A stretch of 63,996 nucleotides of DNA, filler included, from Stramenopiles sp. TOSAG23-2 (lineage: Eukaryota): NCBI GenBank assembly GCA_900128395.1. It is 5 parts of 5 records of this genome, joined end to end, with 100 filler letters (N's around TTAATTAATTAA, not from the genome) between each part and the next. Parts side by side here need not be neighbours in the genome. Positions count along the whole stretch, not along the records: positions 1 to 13,279 come from LT649810.1; positions 13,380 to 26,641 come from LT649811.1; 3 more parts are not named here. The stretch is one strand, 5' to 3'. The notes under the pieces are model-generated. The model saw only the letters and a list, made by a program, of their open reading frames with translations, searched no databases and was not told where the DNA came from. Made by a program: the position numbers and the translations under genes. Shown piece by piece: positions 10,791 to 21,353 of this stretch; position 1 is the stretch's first letter, and each line of letters begins with the position of its first letter.

Positions 10791-12236
10791 ATGCAGCGTT
10801 GTACCATTTGTAACACCAATATCAATAATGAAGAAGATGTAATATTTCCACTGTCCAAGAAAAATATCCCAGGATTTATTTGGGCGCATTATAGTTGTAT
10901 ATTAGATATTGTTGGTAATTTAAAAGATGGAGAAATCCCTACGTTCAAATGCAAAACAGTTTGTAAACATTGGAAAAAAAAAGGATATTGTTCCTTTCGT
11001 AAAGGTTGTTTTTTCTCCCATCCACCAAATGAAAGATTTAATAAAAAAAATTTACCATATAATAAAAAAAAGCGTATGAAAAAAAGAGTTAAAAATGGTA
11101 AAAGTAGAAGGGAAGGCAGGCAAAGGCCAAAAGTAGCCAATACTTCTCGTGCTTCCATTTTAAGGCGATTTTTGTTAGGAAAAATTGGTAGCGAGCGATT
11201 GAAAAAAGGTACTGGTATTTTAGATGTTGCTGGTGGAAAAGGTGAATTAGCGTTCGAATTCAATTATGTAAATGGAATTTCTGCGACTGTATGTGATCCT
11301 CGGCCAATGCTATTGCAAAAATTTAGAAGAAGATATCGATTAGGTTTATATCATAGAAATCCAGCTTTTGCTAAACATAGTATACCGATGCAAGAACATA
11401 TAACACCAGATACATGTGAAGACGATTTAAAAATAGCAACACCTGTAAAACATTTACGATTATTTTTTGATGAACGTTTATTTGAAAGAATATCCTTATC
11501 AACTTCTAGTAATGATGATAGTAATAATACATCATGGTTTGAAAATTCAATAGAAGTAGCACGTAATACATGTTGGACAAATAAAGGATTAACTCATGAA
11601 GATGATGAATGTAATATCAATAATCAAGATTTGAGTGATAAGGATGATGATAGGAGTTGTTGGTGTGATTGTTGTGATAAAGATTATAATGCAGAGCAAA
11701 GCTTTCAAAACGCTATTCAAGAAACAAAAGATAATGATGGTGAAGGTGTTGTAATTAAAGATTACGATGCAGCTCTTGATATTTTAACAAATGCAAGTGC
11801 TGTCGTTGGCATGCATCCTGATCAAGCAGCTGAACATATTTGTGATTTTGCATTGAAATATAAAATACCGTTTGCTTTAGTACCATGCTGTGTATATTCA
11901 AAACAATTTCCAAAACGAAAATTACCAGATGGAACATTAGTAAAATCTTATGAGCAACTATTGCAACATTTACAAAGTAAAGATCCTAGAATACGTAAAA
12001 ATCGATTGCCATTTGAAGGTAAAAATATTGTATTATGGTATGATCCTAATTTAGAACCTTTAGTTGTAACAAAGAAAAATAAAATGATGATAAATGAAGA
12101 GATTATCGTCGATGATGATGGAGTGGGTAAAGATGATAAAGATGATGGAATATCTAGTTTAATTTTTAAAGCTGTTATTGAAGAAATTAGGAAAAGAAAT
12201 GCAAGGAACAAGTTACCATGTATAGATGAAGATTGA
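10791..12236 (+). CDS. CCCH zinc finger plus SAM-dependent methyltransferase-like protein
   Basis: C-x8-C-x5-C-x3-H finger (CKHWKKKGYCSFRKGCFFSH). SAM motif I-like ILDVAGGKGEL. Later motifs GMHPDQAAE and FALVPCCV. N-terminal CxxC...HxxC. Confidence 0.75.
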   Translation: MQRCTICNTNINNEEDVIFPLSKKNIPGFIWAHYSCILDIVGNLKDGEIPTFKCKTVCKHWKKKGYCSFRKGCFFSHPPNERFNKKNLPYNKKKRMKKRVKNGKSRREGRQRPKVANTSRASILRRFLLGKIGSERLKKGTGILDVAGGKGELAFEFNYVNGISATVCDPRPMLLQKFRRRYRLGLYHRNPAFAKHSIPMQEHITPDTCEDDLKIATPVKHLRLFFDERLFERISLSTSSNDDSNNTSWFENSIEVARNTCWTNKGLTHEDDECNINNQDLSDKDDDRSCWCDCCDKDYNAEQSFQNAIQETKDNDGEGVVIKDYDAALDILTNASAVVGMHPDQAAEHICDFALKYKIPFALVPCCVYSKQFPKRKLPDGTLVKSYEQLLQHLQSKDPRIRKNRLPFEGKNIVLWYDPNLEPLVVTKKNKMMINEEIIVDDDGVGKDDKDDGISSLIFKAVIEEIRKRNARNKLPCIDED

Positions 12237-12371
12237 GAATTAACAAATTAATTTTTCATTTTTTATTATCATATCATAGTAAAATATTAAAATTAAAACA
12301 CCAGCTATTTATGCATATGCATATTTATTATTTTATATAAAATTATTGACACGCGCGTAAGCACAAACACA

Positions 12372-12887
12372 CTAATTTTGACCTTCAGCATGCATTGCGC
12401 CATCTAGTACAGCATTTGGTGGTCTATTATGCTCACTCCGTTGCGCTTCTTGATAAATCGTTCTAGGATGTGGTGGTTCTGGTGCATCTTTAGCCGGTGG
12501 TGGATTTAGATGCGGCCACATAACAGCTGGATGAGATTCTTCTATACGATGATACAACCTATCCGAATATTCATGATGAGGTGCAGACATTGTTCGTGGT
12601 TCACTTTGAACGGTGTTTTGAAAGTTATTTTTACCTAATTGTGTTGTCTCTGCTTCGGGCATTGCGACTAGTCTCATAACTTTATCACATCCTTTTGTTG
12701 TCCATGATTCTTTTTCACACATCCTTACAAGCGTTTTCACGCATGGCCCAGCCTTTCCAAAAACTTTATTACATTTATTCCATGAATCGCATAAAATACC
12801 AGTAATTCCACCAACACATGATTCTTCTTGTTCTGAACCTGTGGAGCTAGTTGCGCCAGTTGCGCCAGTTGCGCCAGTGGAACCAGT
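12372..12887 (-). CDS. C-terminal fragment of a Thr-Gly-Ala repeat protein (5' end missing)
   Basis: The frame is open from 12887 (TGSTGATGATGATSSTGSEQEESCVGGITGILCDSW...) to the stop at 12372. It is preceded directly by TGA, with no ATG or clear splice acceptor at that point. Confidence 0.5.
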   Translation of the reverse strand, partial: TGSTGATGATGATSSTGSEQEESCVGGITGILCDSWNKCNKVFGKAGPCVKTLVRMCEKESWTTKGCDKVMRLVAMPEAETTQLGKNNFQNTVQSEPRTMSAPHHEYSDRLYHRIEESHPAVMWPHLNPPPAKDAPEPPHPRTIYQEAQRSEHNRPPNAVLDGAMHAEGQN

Positions 12888-13279
12888 TCAATACAACAAT
12901 TTGAAAACACGTATTCTTCATATTGATGATGATCTTCAATCTAATATATATATATATATATATATATTCAATTGAACAGATTTTGTTTTTTCTATACATC
13001 TATATGTATATCAATGCATCATCGTTGACATGAAGTATATTATTTGTACACATTTTTTTCCTCACTCCCCTCCTTTTTATGCATAAAAATTATACTTGCC
13101 CTTTCTTTCCTTCTTTCAATGCTATTTCAATACTAAAGGATACAACGCACACAGCACTAAATCAAGAAAAAACACAACAAATAATACGATAGATCAGGAT
13201 TGTTAGTGCATTTCAAAATGGAAGTTAATTTAAGTACTAATTTAGTATACTAATTTATGTATATTTGATAGAGAGGTAT

Positions 13280-13379
13280 NNNNNNNNNNNNNNNNNNNNN
13301 NNNNNNNNNNNNNNNNNNNNNNNTTAATTAATTAANNNNNNNNNNNNNNNNNNNNNNNNNNNNNNNNNNNNNNNNNNNN
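13280..13379. other. Artificial scaffold linker
   Basis: 44 N + TTAATTAATTAA (stops in all six frames) + 44 N. Confidence 0.98.
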
Positions 13380-13380
13380 A

Positions 13381-15855
13381 CAAGCTCAACCTATATTTAA
13401 TCATGTCATTTGGATTCGTAATGTAGCACAAGGTTTTGGTGGTGGTGTTTATATCTCAGGTTCTAATACCAAACCAACATTTAATAATTGTAGATTTCAA
13501 AACAATACTAGTAGCAAAGGTGGTGGTGCCATACGACTTCCATTTCACCCTGACGCACCATCCAGCTCGGGAATATGTGGAACACCGCTCAAATTTACAG
13601 GCAAAACAACATTTGCCAATAACAAGGCAAATTATAACGCTGGCAATTCAATTTATATTGATATTACACAACCAACATCTGTTGAAACACCTATGAAAGT
13701 TTACTTTGCACCAACATGTTTTCATAATAAATTTATTACATATACAATTAATAATAAGAACAAGAAACAACCTGCAAATATTAATTACAACATTGCTACA
13801 TCTCCATATAAACTTGCCATCAGTAAACCAGGCACATTAATACCAACTTCCATATCGCCAGGAATACAATTAAAAGGTAGTTTACAAGTACAAGATGTAT
13901 TTGGTAGAAGCTGTACTGAAATTAAAGATAATGATTACTCTGCAACAGTGCGTTTGCAAAACGATAAACAAATTGATTTTCAAGGTTCGAACGTCTTTTT
14001 AATTCGTAAATCCGGTATAGCAAATATTTCATATTTAAATGAATTAAAAATTAAAAGTGCACCATCCGATTTAATAGGTAAACAAATATTATTACAGTTT
14101 ACTCAAGAAAAATTACAATCTGTAAATACAACAATAACACTTCGTCAATGCAGGAAAGGGTTTCAATCCTCAAAAAGTAATGATGGAGTATTAACATGTA
14201 AACCATGTCCAGCACAACAATATAATATTGTTTCAGGTGGAATATGTCACGATTGCCCAACAATTGGAGCAGTTTGTATGGGACAGGATGATGTGTATGT
14301 ACAACCAGGATATTATGGACATGTTGGACATATTAATACACATTATGGTGAAATATCAGTATTTGAATGTAGTGGTGGTCAATGTTGTCCGCATTTTAAC
14401 GGCACTTCCCTTAAACTATATGATATAAATGGAATAGGATGCCGTGTTGGAAGTGGAAAGGACTGTGCAACAAATCGTGATCCATCCACTCCATTCTGTG
14501 GTTCTTGCATCCCCGGTTATAGCGAAGTATTAGGTAGTTCCATATGTCGTAAATGTACCTACACAAATTGGTTTTGGTTTATCATTCCCTTTCCAATATA
14601 TATGATATTTATTGTATATTTATTACATAAAACCTATCTTGCAGGAACAAAAAATATTTTATTCACGTTAATATTTAAGACTTTAATGTTTTTTTATCAA
14701 GTCGTTGGTTTAGTGTTAAATCCATCGCAATTAGTAAAACGTGTTAGTGGTCCTTTATTAATGCTTTTCAGTTTTAATGTTGCAACGAATGAAGCCGATC
14801 ATTCCGACAGTAATAGTAATAATAAGACAATGTCTGAAAATCCATTCAATTGTTTAGTACCAAATTTAACACCAATTGGTAAATTAGCATTTAATATATA
14901 TCCAATTGGTATATTAATGTTATTATGTTGGCCAATATGCATTTATATCTTTCGTAAAAATGAAGAAAAACGAGCAAATTTTGGACCAGCAATCATAACG
15001 TGTTTATTATCATTATATGCATCGATGACTAAATTTTTAATACAACTTATTAATTGTCGACCGGTTGGAAATAAGTTAATACTTTATAGTGCTCCTGAAA
15101 TTATTTGTTTTAAAGATACAAGTTGGATTTGGCAATTATTTGTAATTATTGGTATTATTGGTATTGCATTGGTGCCTTATTTATTATATCGTTATTCAAA
15201 ATTAAAACGTGAGGCAGGTGGTGTAAAGAAGAATAGGTGGATGCTAGTGGTTACAAAATCGTATCGTGATGAATGTTGGTGGTATACATCAATTGACATG
15301 GGACGTCGTTTATTTTTAATTGGTATTGCTGCATTGCCAATGAATCATGAAAATAAACTTATAATGCTTACGTTGGGGTTTTTAGTAGTTAAGACGTTCC
15401 ATGTATATTTGAAACCATTTCCACATATGTATTTAAATTATGCAGAAGATATTTGTTTGGGTTTACTCGTCTTTATTTCTGCAATTTCATCTTCTAGAGC
15501 AGCAAGTTTACACAAAAATACGTATGGTAGTTATGATCATCCAATGGATCCATTTCTTTTATTTTTAGTAATGTGTCCATTTGTTGGTAGTATATTATTT
15601 TCCGCTTGGTACATGTATATGGAACGGAAAAAAGGTACTAATGATGAAAGTACAACAGAGGAGAATAATAGTATATTACCGGAACGAGTACACGGTCGGA
15701 ACTCATGGGCACCAAATCCATTAGAAGATGCATTGAATAACAGTGGTGATAGCAGGAAAACAAAAAGACGTGCAAGTGATATTGAATTGGTTGCTGATGG
15801 CCTTGGAGAGTTTCATCTTGATGCATTGACGAATGAAGAAAGAAGAGTTAAGTGA
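13381..15855 (+). CDS. 5'-truncated multi-pass membrane protein with Pmp-like (GGAI/FxxN) beta-helix repeats and a Cys-rich region
   Basis: The frame is open from the contig edge, 104 codons before the listed Met: ...NVAQGFGGGVYI..FNNCRFQNNTSSKGGGAI...FANNKA. This is followed by CxxCP Cys-rich repeats and about 8-9 hydrophobic segments, including the motif YRDECWWY..IDM.RR. Confidence 0.75.
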   Translation, partial: QAQPIFNHVIWIRNVAQGFGGGVYISGSNTKPTFNNCRFQNNTSSKGGGAIRLPFHPDAPSSSGICGTPLKFTGKTTFANNKANYNAGNSIYIDITQPTSVETPMKVYFAPTCFHNKFITYTINNKNKKQPANINYNIATSPYKLAISKPGTLIPTSISPGIQLKGSLQVQDVFGRSCTEIKDNDYSATVRLQNDKQIDFQGSNVFLIRKSGIANISYLNELKIKSAPSDLIGKQILLQFTQEKLQSVNTTITLRQCRKGFQSSKSNDGVLTCKPCPAQQYNIVSGGICHDCPTIGAVCMGQDDVYVQPGYYGHVGHINTHYGEISVFECSGGQCCPHFNGTSLKLYDINGIGCRVGSGKDCATNRDPSTPFCGSCIPGYSEVLGSSICRKCTYTNWFWFIIPFPIYMIFIVYLLHKTYLAGTKNILFTLIFKTLMFFYQVVGLVLNPSQLVKRVSGPLLMLFSFNVATNEADHSDSNSNNKTMSENPFNCLVPNLTPIGKLAFNIYPIGILMLLCWPICIYIFRKNEEKRANFGPAIITCLLSLYASMTKFLIQLINCRPVGNKLILYSAPEIICFKDTSWIWQLFVIIGIIGIALVPYLLYRYSKLKREAGGVKKNRWMLVVTKSYRDECWWYTSIDMGRRLFLIGIAALPMNHENKLIMLTLGFLVVKTFHVYLKPFPHMYLNYAEDICLGLLVFISAISSSRAASLHKNTYGSYDHPMDPFLLFLVMCPFVGSILFSAWYMYMERKKGTNDESTTEENNSILPERVHGRNSWAPNPLEDALNNSGDSRKTKRRASDIELVADGLGEFHLDALTNEERRVK

Positions 15856-16271
15856 TATTGACAGTGTATGTGTGTGAATAATGAGACACCGTATGTTTTC
15901 TGTTTTAGGGTTATTCCAAAAAGTCAAAAATCTGAAAAATGAAGTCGGTAGTATCATGTGTCAGTGTAATTTTTCCAATGTAACGTCTATATACGAGGTC
16001 GTAGGACCTCAAGTACCTAGTAGATTCGCTTAAGTAAATCGTCAATCTTAAGAATTGGCAATCATCAAAACAGCAACAACAACAAAATAAAAACGAATGT
16101 GAGAAATATTATTGGTAAAAAGTACGAACATGTGTCAAAAAAGAAAAAGAGTACGAGAGTCACACCACGCGTATTTAATTTTTTTTATTTGTCATATCGT
16201 TCTATATTAAAATTAATATATATACATATGTAACTACTCCTCTCTCTTTCCCTACAGTTCACAGTTCAACC

Positions 16272-17633
16272 TCACAATATTTCACCCTTCACTAACGTGA
16301 ATTCATCTACCACTTGCATATCGCTTGAACGTATCAAGTCGAAATGCAAAGTGGTAGAATTATACACGGTTAAAACCCCAGTCGATAGTTCATCCACACG
16401 TTTAGCTAAAAATGGTGGCAAACTATGTTGCCCAGGCTTTTTATATTCATCACACCCAGCCCCACCTGCTGTGATATGAACAACGCCTTTTGGATTTATA
16501 TAATTTTCTTGTGTTACAGTACCATTCGCTGCAATTGGCCAACTGCGTAATGAATGATGTTTATGCCCATTAAAATATATATCAACTTTATATTTCAAAA
16601 ATAAATCTTCAAATGTTTCTTTTAAATTATTTACAATTTTAGTACTGTCAATATACCATGGTCGATGTCCACCAACAATGATCCATGGCCGTATATGCCT
16701 TGAAGCATTTGCTTTAATTAAATCATTTTCAAGCCATTGAATAAATTCACCATTTGCACCAAAGCCACCTGCTGGTAAAATACCACTATCGCCATGATGT
16801 TCCTCAGGTGCAGATGTAAAATCTGTTTCTGTATTAATTGTGATATAATGAACTAAACCATAATTAAAGGAATACCACATGTTTGAAACACCACCAGATT
16901 CAGCAGATGGCATATGCCAACGTTTATTATATGCACTAAAATTTTGCAATGCATGGCGTTTTTTAGATGATGTTAAACATGCTGGAGAATGGCATTCACT
17001 TTCATGGTTACCGACTCCTACCATGTATGGTTTGCTATCACTAATATTCTCAATCCAGTTCATCCAATTATCGTAAACATTTTCATATTCAAATTTTAAT
17101 GGAGTATGTATAAATGCATCATCTGCATATGATAAATCCCCTACGTGATAGATAAAATCGACTTCCTCCTTGATTTTTTCAAGAGCTTGACGAGTTTTAA
17201 ACGCATGGGCTCGTTCACCATAACCCCAATCGCCAAATATACTGATTTTATGAACGTTCGTATTTTCTTCAAAATTGGTATCACTTGCTTGTATGGCTGA
17301 TTTAAACGAACGTGTCGTTGAAAAACCTGATGTTTCATCACCACATTGATAATAATAAATCGTATTTGATTTTAAATTAGGAAGTTCAACATGATGATGA
17401 TATTCATTTCCATAATATGTAACTTCAATTCCCGTTGCATTCATCGTTAATGCTTCTGGCGTTTCCCCATATTTTACAGTTGAAGTTTTTGTATTTCCAT
17501 TTTTGGTTGCCCAACTTATTGCCATTCCATGATCACCATTAAATGCTATATGTATTTGTTCCGGTTTTTGTCCATGCACGACGGCGAGAACATATAATAA
17601 AATCGTTGTTGTTGTTGATAATATAAGCTTCAT
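16272..17633 (-). CDS. ACP7: Purple acid phosphatase (ACP7/PAPL-like), secreted
   Basis: Signal peptide, PEQIHIAF FN3-like N-domain, and metallophosphoesterase motifs GDWG, HVGDLSYAD, GNHE, GHRPWY, GHKH. Confidence 0.88.
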   Translation of the reverse strand: MKLILSTTTTILLYVLAVVHGQKPEQIHIAFNGDHGMAISWATKNGNTKTSTVKYGETPEALTMNATGIEVTYYGNEYHHHVELPNLKSNTIYYYQCGDETSGFSTTRSFKSAIQASDTNFEENTNVHKISIFGDWGYGERAHAFKTRQALEKIKEEVDFIYHVGDLSYADDAFIHTPLKFEYENVYDNWMNWIENISDSKPYMVGVGNHESECHSPACLTSSKKRHALQNFSAYNKRWHMPSAESGGVSNMWYSFNYGLVHYITINTETDFTSAPEEHHGDSGILPAGGFGANGEFIQWLENDLIKANASRHIRPWIIVGGHRPWYIDSTKIVNNLKETFEDLFLKYKVDIYFNGHKHHSLRSWPIAANGTVTQENYINPKGVVHITAGGAGCDEYKKPGQHSLPPFLAKRVDELSTGVLTVYNSTTLHFDLIRSSDMQVVDEFTLVKGEIL

Positions 17634-17890
17634 GATAATTAGAAACGTTGTCTAACAGAATTTATTGTTATCGTATTACCTTTGTTTGTTCTTCGTTCGT
17701 GTCTGTGCCCGCTCTTGCAGAGGTAGGCCTTATGTGTATATTTATCATCAACTGTTTTAGTAATAAATTTTATAAAAGTTCTTTTTTCGTCGGCGTGTGC
17801 CAATGTTATTTACATGTTAATTATGCGAAGTTGGAAGCAGGTTGATTTGACATTTTGACTAAGAAATTAGAATATTATATATCCTTGTTA

Positions 17891-18161
17891 TGGTGATTTA
17901 GTATGGGAATAGCAGGTGTTATAATTTAATGCTGTGTATATATTATTGCGATAGACATATTGGTACTTAGTAGAATATGTATGTTACATATGAAACAGAT
18001 AATACGTAATACGTATACGTAATACGTAATACGATATACGATAATACAAATTTTGATAGGAGTAGAAATTGTTAATGTTATAGTAATTTAAGTACGTCTA
18101 TCGCAATAATATATACACAGCATTAAATTATAACACCTGCTATTCCCATACTAAATCACCA
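17891..18161. repeat. 66-bp perfect inverted repeat with 139-bp spacer
   Basis: 17891-17956 is the exact reverse complement of 18096-18161. A 17-bp sub-copy (acacctgctattcccat) lies at 18225-18241. Confidence 0.95.
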
Positions 18162-18215
18162 ACCCGACGCAAAAACAGCCGGCGCTTCGATTTCCGACAT
18201 TTTTCGTATGATATT

Positions 18216-19040
18216 TTATATACCACACCTGCTATTCCCATCATTGGAGGGGATATTTATTATAACACTACACAGTATTGCATTTTTGATATAAAATGTC
18301 TTCTCGCGAGACGATGATGCAGTCCATGCACGATATTGTTCATCTTCTTTTTTTTTTTCAATCATGATATCATGTGGACGATATCGTGTATTCCATTGTG
18401 TTTTCTCACGATGCCTCTCCTTTTCACGTCTTTTCTCTTCATACGCATCAGGATCTAATGGTGTTATGGAATATGTCATTCTCACTTTATCAATATATCG
18501 TTTTCGCTCCTCTTCAAATTTTTGAAATAATTTTTTCGTATGTGCACTTAATTCTCTTTTATATTTCTTTTTCCCAGTTGGCGTTGGTGGTTTCACATTG
18601 AATCTAAATTGACTTTGTTTGCTTGGAGAACTACCATCATGAGTTGCTGGTCTTTTCTTTATTTTTGCCATCGCCTTTCTTCCTCCTTCTTCATCATCGT
18701 CATTATTATTATTGTCATCATGATCCATAGCAATGTTATTATTATTATTATTTTCTTTCTGATTATTATTGTCATTATTTCCACCCTCTCCATTGTTATC
18801 ATTCGTATTGTTATTATTATCGACGTTTCTATTTTTATTTTTTAATATTCCACGCGGCTTCTTTCTTTGTGGCGATATACCAGCTGTTGTATTTGGTCTT
18901 CGTTGTTGATTGATGTAATACGATGGTGGTAAGAAATGACAATGCAATTCATTTGGTTGTTGTAAAACAGATGAATGCGTGGATGATGGTGGACGTTCAT
19001 GTTGTTCTTCCGTTGGTACTATTTCAAATCCAGCATCCAT
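18216..19040 (-). CDS. Hypothetical protein, Asn-rich/basic; C-terminus doubtful
   Basis: 274 aa ORF with host-type poly-N tracts. The last ~30 codons run into repeat-derived sequence. Confidence 0.6.
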   Translation of the reverse strand: MDAGFEIVPTEEQHERPPSSTHSSVLQQPNELHCHFLPPSYYINQQRRPNTTAGISPQRKKPRGILKNKNRNVDNNNNTNDNNGEGGNNDNNNQKENNNNNNIAMDHDDNNNNDDDEEGGRKAMAKIKKRPATHDGSSPSKQSQFRFNVKPPTPTGKKKYKRELSAHTKKLFQKFEEERKRYIDKVRMTYSITPLDPDAYEEKRREKERHREKTQWNTRYRPHDIMIEKKKEDEQYRAWTASSSREKTFYIKNAILCSVIINIPSNDGNSRCGI

Positions 19041-19678
19041 TGTTGTTGTTGTTATTATGTTATACTACTATAATTTTATGATAATAAATATTCTTTCTTA
19101 TTGTTTTGATTTATAAATGTTACATAAACAATACAAAAGGTCCAATGTATCGTATACACACATATACATATGTACTTTCCTAGGTTCAACATGTAGTTTT
19201 TTATTTGTCATAAACACATAAAACGCTTCACCATTTAGCATCGACATACCATGGTATAGCAGGCACAGAGCATGGGGATATATTTTTTTTAGTCGGAACT
19301 CATGACGGAGAGAATCCTTAAAAGGAAACCCAAATTAAACTTTTTACATATAGGAAGATATCGTATTGTAAAAATCGTACTAATATAGACAACACACTAT
19401 CAACTATCATTACATCATCATCAGATTATAGAAAAGTGCAAAAAAGAATAAATAATATTTTTTTTTTCAAATTGACGACTGCTGGATGGACTGGTTGCTG
19501 GGTTGCACAGAGAACTATTATAGGATCCGATTTGCATATTTGAGATATAAATATATATATATGTCTATATATAGTGCACCACTTGTCGTCTATTGTAGTA
19601 GATATTAAATGATGGAATATATATAATAGCTTTGACTTATTCAACATATTGGACTACAATCAAGTGTAAAAGACATAA

Positions 19679-20539
19679 ATGATGAATACCAATACTATGC
19701 CTCGAACACAAGAACTGACGGAAATTTCGCACAAAACTTCGGAGATAAGTAATGCAACTCGTCGCAACTCATGGGCTGAACAAAATCAACGTCGAGAAAG
19801 TATTCGAATATTGGGGAAAATAATTGAACTGGATGAGTGGTTAGATTGGCGAATAAAGTGGGGACAGCGTGGGGCGGCAATTAATTCTGGTCTTAGTTTG
19901 CTGATTTTTATAATTAACAGTGTGTTTTTTGGTAATAATAACGTTGTTCTTGTCACATTATTTGTTGTATTTGCAATAGGGGTCATCGCGAGCGTGTTAC
20001 TACTCTACTACAAGAACGTCTCCTTTGTCATCGCTCGAAGGTTATTAAAAGAAGTGAATGTAGTGATGATTCTAGTACTATCAATCTTAATTTTTACAAT
20101 TGATTGCGTGGTGCCCTATAGTAGTTTTTCCCCGATTAATGGATTTATTTACGTTGTGTTTGTGTCGTTATTTTTATCTTCGGATGCGATAAAAAAGAAA
20201 AGTAGAAAGGTTGTGTTGATAGCCGGATTCGTGTTTGTGCTTGGTACTTTGTATCTAATTTACGAAAGAATATTTACTGGGACTGATGTTGGTGTTATCC
20301 TCTTCAAATATAGTGATAATTATATCTTTCATAAACGCTCGATAAAACGATCGTGTTATGTTCAAATCTTTTTATTCAGTTTAAATGGGCTATGGATCAT
20401 GTTTAAAGATAAGAAAATGGAAATGATGATGTTTGCTACGGGCAATATCTACCGTGAAACGGGCACCGCATCAAAATATGTTGAAGATACTCAACATTCT
20501 ATGCAAATGCGACGCGAAACAGCAGATTCAAGGGTATAG
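19679..20539 (+). CDS. Hypothetical multi-pass (about 6 TM) membrane protein
   Basis: 286 aa intronless ORF with about six hydrophobic segments. No family recognised. Confidence 0.7.
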   Translation: MMNTNTMPRTQELTEISHKTSEISNATRRNSWAEQNQRRESIRILGKIIELDEWLDWRIKWGQRGAAINSGLSLLIFIINSVFFGNNNVVLVTLFVVFAIGVIASVLLLYYKNVSFVIARRLLKEVNVVMILVLSILIFTIDCVVPYSSFSPINGFIYVVFVSLFLSSDAIKKKSRKVVLIAGFVFVLGTLYLIYERIFTGTDVGVILFKYSDNYIFHKRSIKRSCYVQIFLFSLNGLWIMFKDKKMEMMMFATGNIYRETGTASKYVEDTQHSMQMRRETADSRV

Positions 20540-21353
20540 TAAATTAAATTTTTTTCGGTAAAAAATAAAAGAGCAAAAAACACTTCTCCTTGTTAAAAAG
20601 AACGCGCGCGAGAGAGATAGTAAAAAATATAAAATATATACGTTTCGCGGACTATGATAAATACTTTACACCCAGTACGATGTACCATCCGTCATAGTCG
20701 ATTTCAGTGAGATAGATTATACATTATGATATCATACATGATATCTGATATATTGATTATACTGAAATACGTATTAATGTTGGCTTGGTCACTATACGTA
20801 CTATTTATTCTTTGGAGAGTATGATTAGGAATTGTCACGAGTAGAAAATAAAAAATTAAAATATACCACGTGCGGACATTTTAGAGTGCCACACCATATA
20901 TACGCACGTATTTTTTTATTTAAAAACAAACCACGTAAAACAGTGAATCACCCCGCCGTCTCCAAAAAACTACTTCTTCTCTCGATTTAGTACTAGCAGG
21001 CGTGATTCAATTTTTAATATATTATTTTAAATTTTTACGAGTTCTCTCTCCATCTTCTTTTTTTCCCGCCCTGCTTGTGGGAATTAATTAATGGATGTGT
21101 GTATACCTTCAAGGTAATCACACCATCACATGTCATATTTTATTACACACACACATATATATAATAATACAGAGGCGCACTACCAAATACGATATTATAT
21201 TCTTAAATAAACAAAGGCAAATAAAGAAATAATACATACACATATCATGTACACATTTGTGATGATATATGTACACACATATATAATATTTTCTTTCCCC
21301 TTTTATTTAAAAATCGTATATTACTTACATAGAATGTATATACTATATAACCC

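Noticed and set aside
13324..13335. TTAATTAATTAA repeated four times at about 13.3-kb spacing as a biological element
   Set aside because: It is always centred in exactly 44+44 Ns, so it is a synthetic six-frame-stop linker.
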